This document shows positions 11,013 through 22,421 of a stretch of DNA of 64,000 bases, piece by piece. The DNA comes from Batkoa obscura (taxonomy: Eukaryota). How positions within the stretch are numbered: the first letter of the stretch is position 1; each line of letters begins with the position of its first letter. The stretch is from positions 1,426,001 to 1,490,000 of the forward strand of contig JASVEC010000003.1 of the NCBI GenBank assembly GCA_030770535.1. Reading direction: 5' to 3'. Made by a program: the position numbers and the translations under genes. Under the pieces are notes generated by a model. That model ran no database searches and had not been told where the DNA came from. It was given only the letters and a program-made list of their open reading frames with translations.

Positions 11013-12106
11013 CTATTTTTTACCTGATCTATCAAGCCTTCTCTTTGAGTGTTGTTTTTCTAACCTTTCATCAACCTCCTTTTCAACTTCTAATGTTCTT
11101 TTGTTATCATCATGAATTGATGGGATTGTACGACCTGGACTAATGGGTTGATTAACACTTAACTCAATATCGTTATAGTTTAAATCCAGAAGTTTAGATT
11201 TCTTATGCTCTAAATACCTTTTAGGATTATATCTTTTAATAGTTTCTATTTCATTATTAAATGTGTGTTCATTTTGTAAATTTTTATCTTTAATAGTAAC
11301 TTTCTTTATATCAAATTCTTCCATAGCTTCCCAATTAGTTGCCCATTCTGATGCATAACTAGAATTATCTTTCAATCCTTGTTGACTGCTGTTTTGTATT
11401 TGGGTTGGGTTTTCCTTTGAACTATCAATGTGTTCCCTTCTTAAAGTATTACTTGTGTTTTGTTTAGCCAATACTACTGGTTTATCGCAATTCTTTATAT
11501 TTATACTATTAATAGCGTTATTTGTTTCCTTTTTTCTCCCAATTAACTTATCTATTTTTTCCCCAATTAACTTATCTATTCTTTCTCCGATTAATTTATC
11601 CATTTTTTCTCTAATTAATTTATCCATTTTTTCGTCTTCATTAATATTATCAATGAGTGTTGATTTCTTTAATGAACTTTGGTGCTTAGAAGGACCGCTT
11701 TCATTATCTAAAATTTATTATAGTCATTATTTAATTTACTACTATTACTATACTTACAAATATCTTTCTTTACTCTCTTTAAATTATCATCTTTCATTTT
11801 ATCCTCTAACACCTTTAATTTATCATTCATTTCCATTTTTTCCTTCTTTTGTTTATTTAATTGCTGTTTTATTTGATCAAATATATCAACATCTTCTTTA
11901 TCTTTAGCACTTTTAGTTTGATTTTGTAACATGTTTTTAACTGCTTTAGAATGTCTCCATTTGGCGTTTATGGACATTATTATCTTTCCTCTTTCCATCA
12001 TATTTGTCCCTTTATTTTTTAATGAATCATTGATAACTACCATAAACTTTTTAAAGTTATTATGACTTAATTGAAGTAATTCGGATACTTCGACTGTTCT
12101 TTTCAT
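11013..12106 (-). CDS. Orphan Lys/Asn-rich protein (~347 aa, 2 exons), paralog of 28118-30850
   Basis: A 50-nt GTAAGT...TTTTAG intron (11757-11708) joins ORFs 11708-12106 and 11013-11627 in frame; 4x 8-aa repeat (K[MI]DKLI[RG]E). Confidence 0.75.
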
Positions 12107-12441
12107 TGTTTTAGTTTAAGATAAAATAAATTTGAGTTAAAATGAATTTTATTTTAATTGATTTTTGATCCTTTCGAAATCTATTGGTTATAAATGAATT
12201 TCAATTGAATAGCTGAATATTATTGGAACCAATAAAACTTGGAATTTGGAAAGTATTACGCTACTCCTTTTTTAAAGGGTTAGTCTAAATGAAGCTACTA
12301 ACTTTAGTTAAAATTAGGATAGAGCCATTTTGGCCAATAATATGGCTTTATTTTGATAACAATTGGCTTGTGTGAAAAAGCAAACACTGATTTGTTGATA
12401 TGCAGCCATAGAAAACTATTAAACTCTGGCCTTAACCATCT

Positions 12442-12465
12442 CTAACCCTAACCCTAACCCTAACC
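12442..12465. repeat. Interstitial telomere-like (CTAACC)4 / TTAGGG repeat
   Basis: CTAACCCTAACCCTAACCCTAACC. Confidence 0.7.
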
Positions 12466-12800
12466 AAAAAAGGATCTTATTTGCTGAACCACAACAAATC
12501 ATGACTACCGAGTCTTAAACTCGTTAGTCTTTGATTGGTCAATTTATTACATTTATGAGTTGTAGTAGCTACATTACATTCTCCCTTTTTGAATTTAGGT
12601 TTATTAGGTTTATAAATTCAAATTTTTAATATAGTTTATACATTTAATTAATAGATAACTATTGCTTTTTTATTTTAAAATGAAAAATATGAAAAAAAAA
12701 TAGTATTATATTTCATAAAGTCATAGAATATAAATCAACTTTAAATAGTACAATTATTTTTGTAAGAAGAGTTTAAGAATATTCAACTAAATAAAATATT

Positions 12801-12896
12801 GGGAATGTCTTTTTTGTTTAAGAAATCTGCTATCATTTTTTCCACTCAACATCACTTAAAAATGTAAAAAGTGATGAAACCAAAAAACACCTTCTT
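12801..12896 (-). mobile_element. MITE copy (same variant as 14476-14574)
   Basis: Family core with variant AGAAATCTGCTATCATT...CATCACTTAAAAATGTAAAAAG. Confidence 0.85.
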
Positions 12897-14150
12897 ATAT
12901 AGATCTTAATGCTTCAATGGTTATAACAACCCTGTTAATTTTATAATAACATCTTTATCTAATCGCGTTGCTCAATAACTCCTTAATTTACTACACAGTT
13001 TATATAGCTTATTTTTATTTTAGCCATGTCTTTTTCTATTATTAGGACCACAACTTCCACTTCAACTAATGATTTCAAATACCAATGAAAATAACCTTAT
13101 AATAGTAAAGAAATATTACAAGTATATAATTTAATTATAAAATTTATCAATTATTTATAAGTGATTAATGACATAAAAATCTTATGAATAACAATATCTT
13201 AAAGCAAAGAGAAAATAAATCAATAAACAAATCAAAGCATATTCAAAAATATAAATATCTTTATTATTATTATAACAAACAAAAACAATTAAGATAATAC
13301 AAAGAGCTGGACTTTATGACATTTTTAGCTACTTGATAAAACTAACTATTCGATATATAAATTTAATGATAAATACTAATATCTAATATAAAATCATTAA
13401 AATTTTGTTTATAAACAAATTAGTTCTTTAATTTTATAGTGAAAATTTATACTATATTGAGAAAATAATTTATCTATTTGAAAACTAATAAATAGCTTAG
13501 ATAATCCATCTATAATTGACTGCCTTGTATATGATAAAAGAAATTGAACTCTAGACCATTTATTCTATATTAATGTTTTCAAAAGATTCAATACTTCAAT
13601 TTTATTATTGTTTCTATTAACATCATAAATTGAGGTTTAATTATTTTATATTTCAAATAATTTTCCGTTTTATTATTTTAACTAAATAAAATTGAATATT
13701 ATTATTCTTGTAATGATAAAAAATAACAATCAAATGTTGTGTAAAATTTGAACAACATAATGTTAAAGATAGATGGAATAGTAGCCATATGTTAGTTTAT
13801 TTTTAAAGATTATTGGTAAAAATTAATATTTTAAATAATTACTTGAACCATAATAAATATCAAATACCAATGACGTTAGTTATAACTTATTATGATTGCA
13901 ACTTACTTAATTTGGATTTATTTTATGAATTTATTTTAAGGTTCTTTGATAATCAACAGAATACTTATTTTACTGTAATCGGTTTATACCCATTACGCCT
14001 GTTGTTCACCAAACAAAATAGTAATATAGATGAAAGAATAGTAAATGAGTCAATAAACAATACGCACACTTAGAATTTCAAATATTTTGAAAAAAAATTG
14101 AAAAGTATAAATAGACTTTCGAAACTTACACTTTTCATTATTAAATTAGA

Positions 14151-14348
14151 ATGTTTAACAAAATCGTTTCTGCTTTACTTGTATCCGCTTTCGGTTTACA
14201 ACTCATCTCTGCTGCTCCAGCTACTAACCAAGTTGATGCCATTGAAGCTGCTCCAAAGGCCAGTGCTAACTGCCTAATCCTCTGTACTGAATGGAAAATG
14301 GATCCAGCTTTAGGTAGGTTCAGATGCTACAAATGGGAATGTAAATAA
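14151..14348 (+). CDS. Small secreted cysteine peptide precursor, copy 1 (65 aa)
   Basis: Signal peptide, Ala/Pro/acidic pro-segment, C-x3-C-x13-C-x4-C core; TATAAATA at 14106; paralogs nearby. Confidence 0.9.
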   Translation: MFNKIVSALLVSAFGLQLISAAPATNQVDAIEAAPKASANCLILCTEWKMDPALGRFRCYKWECK

Positions 14349-14475
14349 ATCAACAGTCATTTGATGTTTTATTAAATAAAAGTAAAATTTTAATGTATTT
14401 ATTACCTTTAAAGGTTTGTTTATATTTCTATATAAATAATTAAATGTTGACTTCAAATGTATGGTTTTCATCAAT

Positions 14476-14574
14476 AGGGGATGTTTTTTTTTGGTTTCAT
14501 CACTTTTTACATTTTTAAGTGATGTTGAATGGAAAAAATGATAGCAGATTTCTTAAACAAAAAAATATATCTCT
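14476..14574 (+). mobile_element. MITE copy inserted in the 3' flank of peptide copy 1
   Basis: Family core; absent from the homologous site of the next repeat unit (~16870). Confidence 0.85.
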
Positions 14575-16548
14575 AAATGTTTTTATTTGAATTTCATCTA
14601 TAGCAATTTATTTTATCATTTACTCAGAAGTTCATCAACATTCAATCTTTCTTTAGTAATAAGGATATAGATACTCAAGTACAATACTTTAAAATAGAGT
14701 TTTCTTTAGTTTTTCTATTGAATTCTTTGTTAGTGCTTTCACACATCTGTTACTAAAGATGCATAGTCTAAAAGCTACACTTCTTTCCCAGAATGTGTAC
14801 ACCCCAAATGTTGATACTGAGTTTATCTATATAAAAACAAAAGGCTGGGAAAGAGAAAAATATAAGATCATATGAAATAAGATGCTATTATCAAAAGTAG
14901 TTCCATGTTGCTTTCCCAAACGTGATAAAAATAAGTTGATTATTCTTTTTAAACCAATTGTGTTTATAACTCAATACATGTTGATACAAGGAAGATTCTA
15001 AAATAGCATATTGTAAGTTATTACGGTTATACTTTATATTGTAAATGCACTATAAAAATTACTAAACTTAATTCTAAATTTTAATAATTAACATAACAAA
15101 ACGAGCATTGTAATCTTAAATCGATGTAAAGTAGTAAGATAATAGTAACACGTTAATTAAATTTATCAAAAATGTTTTTAATATTATATATATTTATGAA
15201 AATAAAAGTCATTAGATACTTAAGTTAATATCGAACTATTTAGAAATGAATGCTCAGTTATTACAATAACATCATAAAAAACTGATGAACCATAAAAATT
15301 TCAATTCTGAAGGGCCATATTTGTTTTAGTATTTATTCCTTTACTCCATCTCTGCTCTAGGATCTTTATAAAAATAGACGAAATAAAAATAAAAATAACA
15401 AAAAAGCGATGATATTCCCTAATTTTTTATTTGATTTATTTATCTTTTTTTAGCATTATGATATTATAAATTATACAAAAAGCTTATAGCTTAATAATTA
15501 TCATTCAGTTTGGGCAAATTTTAATATTTTATTTTTATTATATATAGATATTGACTATAAGCTAACCAAGATATTTATAAGCTGGGGTTATAACTCTTTA
15601 ACTATATACTCAAAGCGATTGTTATAAATAAACTAATATTATAGTGAGTTAAAGCTATATCAAAATTGATAATTAATCAAACAATGGTTCACAATTACTC
15701 AAGGTTTATTCCCAGAATCGATGACGTTAAGAATAAATTACACAGTTTTATTTACGTGAATGAAAATCTTTTTTGATGACAACTTATAGCTAATTTTTAA
15801 TTTAATAAAATGCTATGATCTATTTAGAGAGATTAAATAGTTTTTCTGGTAAAGTTTATGTTTGATATATTTGTGAGGAACAAACAATTCTAAACTGGTA
15901 TAAAAACAACTATCTAATAATGGATATTTATTTAAAAAAAGTGCACATCTGCGATAGATGTGTTTTTTGTGTTTTGGACTTTTTGAATATACTAAATGTA
16001 GCTTTTGATCTAACTTGTCGGTTATCTATGGCTGAAGACAGCTTTATTTTTATTTTAGACAAATAATTTTGTATGATTCAAGACTAAAATACTACTAATA
16101 GTAAATACAGTTGTAAATCAAGTTATTGTTTAAGAACTAAGCTTTTTATAAATGCTCTGCATAATGAATATCAAAGAACATACCTGTTATATTAGATACT
16201 TGAACCATAGGATAAATATCAATATTGACAGTTTTTAGCCATGTTTTATTTCAACTTAAGATAATAAATTATTATTTGCCAATATCACTAAGTTTTATTA
16301 ACGTACTGATTCGATTTTATATGATTCTATACAGATTAAATAAATTGTTACAATATTCATCTATTATAAAGATATTTTGTATTTTTTAAAAATTCATCGT
16401 TTGACTATGTAAAGATTTCACCATATATTGAGTAAGAATATAAATAGGCTTTAGGAATTCCACAAGATTGTTAAAGTTGACTCAAAATCCAAAGTAATCC
16501 TCTAATACCAACTATTTAGTATATTTTAACCTAATTTCTTTAGTTATA

Positions 16549-16746
16549 ATGTTTAACAAAATCGTTTCTGCTTTACTTGTATCCGCTTTCGGTTTACAAC
16601 TCATCTCTGCTGCTCCAGCTACTAACCAAGTTGATGCCATTGAAGCTGCTCCAAAGGCCAGTGCTAACTGCCTAATCCTCTGTACTGAATGGAAAATGGA
16701 TCCAGCTTTAGGTAGATTCAGATGCTACAAATGGGAATGTAAATAA
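16549..16746 (+). CDS. Small secreted cysteine peptide precursor, copy 2 (protein identical to copy 1)
   Basis: One synonymous difference from copy 1 (AGG/AGA); TATAAATA at 16439; candidate 5'UTR intron 16494-16543. Confidence 0.9.
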   Translation: MFNKIVSALLVSAFGLQLISAAPATNQVDAIEAAPKASANCLILCTEWKMDPALGRFRCYKWECK

Positions 16747-18666
16747 ATCAACAACCGTTTAATATGTCAATAAATAAAGATGTTTTTTTATATATTGATA
16801 CCTTTAAAAGTTTGTTTGTATTTATAAGTTGCATAATCAGATACCGACTTCGAAGTGTATGATTTTCTTTAACAATGAGTGCTTTAATATTTGAACTTTA
16901 TCTATATTAGCTTCTTTTATTAACGTTTAATCTTTCTATAGCAATAAAGATGTAGTTATTAACGTAATATACTTTGACACAGCAATTTCTCCAATTTTTC
17001 CATTGAATTCTTAGTAATTTTATATATCCAATACTAAAAACGCATAATACAAAAGCTATAGGTCTTTTTCAGAAGATGTACAGCCCAAAGGTTAGTACTG
17101 ATTTTATTTGCATAAAACTAAAAGCTGAGAAAAAGAAAACTTCAAGACAAAAAATAAGTGTAATCGTTAAAAATAGTTTCATCTAGATTCTGAGTATCAT
17201 AAAAATATGACAAAATAAATTGGTTATTCTTTTTAAACCAATTGTGTTTATAACTCAATACATGTTGATACAAGGAAGATTTTAAAATAGCATATTGTAA
17301 GTTATTACGGTTATACTTTATATTGCAAATGCACTATAAAAATTACTAAACTTAATTCTAAATTTTAATAATTAACATAACAAAACGAGCATTGTAATCT
17401 TAAATCGATGTAAAGTAGTAAGATAATAGTAACACGTTAATTAAATTTATCAAAAATGTTTTTAATATTATATATATTTAAAGGAAAACAAAGATCATTT
17501 AGTGATAAAGTTTTATATCGAGTTAGAAGTAAAATTTCAATTTCAATTTCAATAATAATACATAAAAATTGATTAACTATAAAAATCTCAAATTTAAAAG
17601 GCCACTTCCAGCTTAATGTTTATTCTTTACTTTATCTTCATCCAAATAGCTTCGTAAAAATAGTTGAAGTAAAAGTAATAAATGATAAAAAAGCGATGAT
17701 ATTCCTTAATTTTTTATTTGATTTGATATATTTTTCTTTTTTTAGCTTTATTTTATTATAAATCGAATAACAAGTTTAGGACTTGTTCATTGTTCACTAA
17801 CATTCATTTAAGGTAGGTTTTAATGGTTTGTTTTTGTTATATTATAATATTATCCTATAGACAAACCAAGACATATATATATTTTAGTCATGATTCTTCA
17901 ACCGTATATATTTAAAGCGATTGTTGTAAGTAAAATAATATTATATTGAGTTTAGGTCAATGTCGAAATAAGAATCAATTTAACAATGGTTCATAAATGC
18001 TTGAGGTTTATTACCAGAATTAATGACGTTACGAATAAGTTATACAACTTTACTTACTTAAATAGAAGTCATCAAAAACGACATTATATAATTAAGAATT
18101 AATTGAATAAAAAGTTTTTGACCTAACTTGTCTGTTTCATATGGTTAAAACGGATTTATTGTTATATTGAAACACATGTTTCCATATGGTTCAAGATTAA
18201 AATACTACTAATAGTAAGTATAGTATTAGATCGTTTTATGGTTTTAAAACCAAAGTAGTTTTAAATGTTCTATATAGTAAATATTAAATAATATACTTGT
18301 TACATTGTAAATTCGAACCATAGCATACATGTCAGGATCAACAGTTTAGATCCATACTTTGATTTGAACCAGGATAATGATTTTTTATTTGACAGTATTA
18401 CTAAGTTTTATTAACTAATGTATTCATCTGATTTCATATGGTTATATACAAGATAAATAAATCATTACAGTATATGTTTATTATGAAGATGTTTTATATT
18501 TCTATAATAAAACTTCATTTACCCACGTCAAACTTCTATCCTATTTTAATGAGAGTATAAATAGGCTCTATAAACTCGAAAAAGTATTAAAGTTAACTCA
18601 CAATCAAAAGTAATACTTTAATACTAATTAATTAAAATTTATACTAATTTAACCTCTTTAGCTGAA

Positions 18667-18891
18667 ATGCTTAAAAAAATCGTAAGTGCTTTACTTGTAT
18701 CCGCTTTTGGTTTACAGCTTTGTGCTGCTGCTCCAGCTGATGCTCCAGTTGGTACCCAAGTCGACATTAGTGAAAAAAGTATCTTAGCTACAGCTGATGA
18801 TATTGGTGCTAATTGTATCATCCTTTGCACTGAATGGAAGTATGACCCTGCTTTAGGTAGATTCAGATGCTACAAATTTGAATGTACATAA
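18667..18891 (+). CDS. Small secreted cysteine peptide precursor, copy 3 (74 aa)
   Basis: Same signal peptide, longer acidic pro-segment, core CIILCTEWKYDPALGRFRCYKFEC; candidate 5'UTR intron 18610-18661. Confidence 0.9.
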   Translation: MLKKIVSALLVSAFGLQLCAAAPADAPVGTQVDISEKSILATADDIGANCIILCTEWKYDPALGRFRCYKFECT

Positions 18892-19337
18892 ATTACCATC
18901 AATATCCATTTGTTAATAAACAAACCTACCGTTAATATACATTTTTTAATATATTTTTATAAATTGTAACCTACTGACTATTGTTTATTTGTTTAATGTT
19001 ACTATATAAGGATATATTTGTCTAGAGGCTTTAGTTAAAGTGTTGGCAGCTTTATTTGATTATTTAATATTGAGTCATAATGTCTTAGAGAGCTTAATTT
19101 ATACGGCTAGTGGTAGTCAGTAATTATTATAAAGCTTTGTTAAAAACAACTCTTTTGATTATAAATTATAATTTATATTAATTAAAAATAGTCTATATTT
19201 CATACGATTTGTTCGTTTTTCTGTTAACAAAAGTAAAAGTGCTAAAAAAAATTATAAGTCTATACATTATTTATACTATGTATTTACTTTTTAACGTTTG
19301 TAAAATAAAGTTATTTGAAGCAAAAGCAGTTTGATAT

Positions 19338-19434
19338 AGGGACGTTTTTTTTGATTTCATTATTTTTTCCATTTTTAAGTGCTATTTGAGCGGAAAGATT
19401 GTTAGTGAAATTCTTAAACAAAAAATACATCCCT
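19338..19434 (+). mobile_element. MITE copy
   Basis: Family core; ATAT/ATAC flanks. Confidence 0.9.
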
Positions 19435-19487
19435 ATACGATGATTTTTGGAAAATACTAAATTTAACTTCAAAATTAAAAATATTGA

Positions 19488-19560
19488 TGCTCCGTATAGG
19501 GCTTGAACCTATGACCTTAGCGTTATTAGCACCACGCTCTGCCAACTGAGCTAACGGAGC
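19488..19560 (-). tRNA. tRNA-Ile(AAT)
   Basis: Identical to the other Ile copies. Confidence 0.96.
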
Positions 19561-20028
19561 TTCCTGCTTTGTTGAGTTTGAAATAGACAAATTAATAATA
19601 AATTTTTTTTAACGTCTTAAACTATTTATTGATTGAGCCTTGAAGGTTTAAGTTACTTTTCAAAGTATTTTACGATTTTTCTATACCCAGTAACAAGGGC
19701 TTAGTAGTTTTCTAATTCATTTATGATTTTATTAAAAAAGTATATTGTAACTTTGATAAAATTTACAATCAATACGTATTGCTATTTCATGTGAAGTTAC
19801 ATAAAAGGAAGGGACTGGTAGCTCTATTTTTTCAAAATAGAAAATTTAGTCTCAATAAATCTAAATTTTAATCATCTGAAATTCAACTTAAATCATAAGG
19901 CATAGTTTTGGTAATTTATTTCCATTTTATTGGATTAATAAAGTCCACAATTTTTTATTGGCAGTGTTTAAACTTTAAGCCATTGAAGTATAAAATGTCA
20001 AAAGAAAATTGATTTTTAAAAATCAAAA

Positions 20029-21642
20029 ATGGATCATTCAGTACCTTCAATTAATCAACTTAATGAAATATACTCAGATTTGCAAGTTCAAAGCCAAAAG
20101 TAAGTATTTGTATCATCAATTTAGTTAATAATTTAAAATACTTCTATTAGTCTTCGTTATAAAAAATTAATAAAAGAATTTCAAAAACAATTTAATGTAA
20201 CCCCTCATTTCATCTCAAGAGCACCAGGAAGAGTCAACATAATAGGTAAGCTAAAAATAATATGAAGTTAAATCATTAATAAGGCGTAAGGTGAACATAT
20301 CGATTATTGTGGGTTTGGAGTGCTACCTATGGGAATTGAAAAAGATATCTTAGGAGCTGTCTATGTAGAAGATAAAGAAGTAAGAGCTGGTGAAGAAGGA
20401 TTAGAAATCAGTAATATAAATCCAAAGTATCGCAAAGCAACTATAAAACTTTTAAGCAGACAAGAAGGACTTGTGAATGTTGATATGGAAAAACATGAAT
20501 GGTATAATTATTGTTTGGCTGGTTATAAAGGGGTATTGGAAACAAAACCAAATAATAAAGTAAGGAAAATCAAAATTATGATCGATGGAACTGTACCAGC
20601 GGGTTCAGGTTTATCTTCAAGCTCAGCTTTAGTTGTTTGCATGTCCTTAGCTACTAGTCACTCACAGAATATACCATTAAAACAAAAGGAGTTAGCAAAA
20701 TTATGTGTAAATAGTGAACGTTATGTTGGTGTTAATGGTGGTGGTATGGACCAAACTTGCTCTATTTTAGCTCGTAAAAATGCACTTTTGAATATTGAAT
20801 TTATCCCCTCTTTAAATGCTAGGTTAGTTAAATTACCCAACTTAACACCAGAATGTGTGTTTGTTATTGCCAATTCGAATATAGTAGCAGATAAACAGAA
20901 ATCAGCTAAATATCATTATAATTTGAGAGTAGTAGAAACTAGGATGGTAGCCTATTTATTAGCTAGCTATTTGAAATTAGATATTGATTTATCCGAAGCT
21001 CCCACTTTAAAAACAGTATTAGATGCCTACTATAAAAACAATTCTAATATAAGTAATTTGGATAAGTTAACACAATTTTTAAAGCTTACAAAAGAGCATA
21101 TTAACAAAGAACCTTATACTGTTGAGTCTTTTTCAGAAGATTCCAAATTGCCCTTACAAAAAGTTGAACAATTCTTCTTCACCAAGTATGATGTAGATCG
21201 TACTAAATTTGAACTTTACAAACGAGCTAATCATGTATTTTCCGAGGCTTTAAGAGTTTATCAATACTGTGAATTATGTGAAAGTTCAAGCCCTGATGTA
21301 GCTAGCAAATTAGGAAATCTCATGAATGAATCTCAAGCTTCATGCAATTTATTATTTGATTGTTCATGCCCAGAATTAAATCAATTAACTCAATTAGCCC
21401 TTCAATATGGTGCTTTGGGTTCTCGTCTTACTGGAGCTGGATGGGGTGGTGCTACTGTTTCTTTAGTTCCTGTTGAAAAAGTGGATGAGTTTATAAGAGG
21501 ATTGAGAAATTCTTATTTTAAAAGGTATACCGATGAACAATTTAATGAATTTGTCTTCCCTACTTCCCCATCTATGGGGGCTGTTCTTTTGAGTAATTTA
21601 GGACAGTTTTTAAGTTCAACGAAATTAGGTAATAAACTTTAA
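20029..21642 (+). CDS. GAL1: Galactokinase / GalNAc kinase (GHMP family), 3 exons
   Basis: Introns 20100-20150 and 20246-20290 reconstruct RAPGRVNIIGEHIDY; PAGSGLSSS, GGMDQ and GSRLTGAGWGG motifs. Confidence 0.92.
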
Positions 21643-22421
21643 ATTTAATAAAGAAAATCATACCATCATTTAGAATTACGTATTAAATTCCTCTATTTAG
21701 ATTCATAATTAAGATAAGTGGTATTGAAATTTATAGTAAATTTAAAAAAATCGTAAAAATTTTTCCGACATCTATTAGCTTCGATTATAATAATTTTAGT
21801 GTTTTATATTATTTTAAAAGCATAGAAATATTATGCAGTGGGTTTATTATTTGTTTAATTTTTATATTATTTTCTTATTCATTTATAACGGTTTTTAATG
21901 TTTTATGTCATTCTTGAACATCTTTTTATATGATAAAAAGGATTAAACTAAAGGAAGCAAGATAAGCTTCTCTAGCTTTTATATAGGACATGGATTGCAG
22001 AAAGTTTATTCAGATACTGTTTAATGATTTTTTAACTTGAATTCGGGAATGCTTTTGCATCAGTATTTTGTCCATTTATTAAAAAGTCTAAATTTTGAAA
22101 ATAATTGTACTCAAAAAAACATCTCTATTTAATTTTTAGTGTTTAGTCATTCATTCGATTAATTTAATAAAATTAAAAGTTTAAACTTGTAGTATTTTTT
22201 AATTATCATATCTTTTATATTTTAAAGCTTATATTGGATGCTATATAATGAATTCATGACCTTATTTTTATCATTATAAAACAATTATAGATGCTTAAAA
22301 ATAACATACACAATTTCTTTGTTTCTTTCGCTTTTTTAGAATCCTAGAATTAAACTACCTTGTTGTCTTGATACAAAAGATCAAATTATTTTATAAAATT
22401 TCTCTTTAACATACAAATAAG

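Larger units (their letters stand above)
14151..18891 (+). repeat. Tandem duplication (~2.1-2.4 kb units) carrying peptide genes 1-3
   Basis: 14151-16548 aligns to 16549-18666 and beyond; near-identical patch ~14935-15197 vs ~17220-17480. Confidence 0.88.

Noticed and set aside
11428..11907. Hydrophobic repeat ORF on + strand (also 45359-45679, 52079-52399, 58925-59431)
   Set aside because: Antisense shadows of real genes on the other strand
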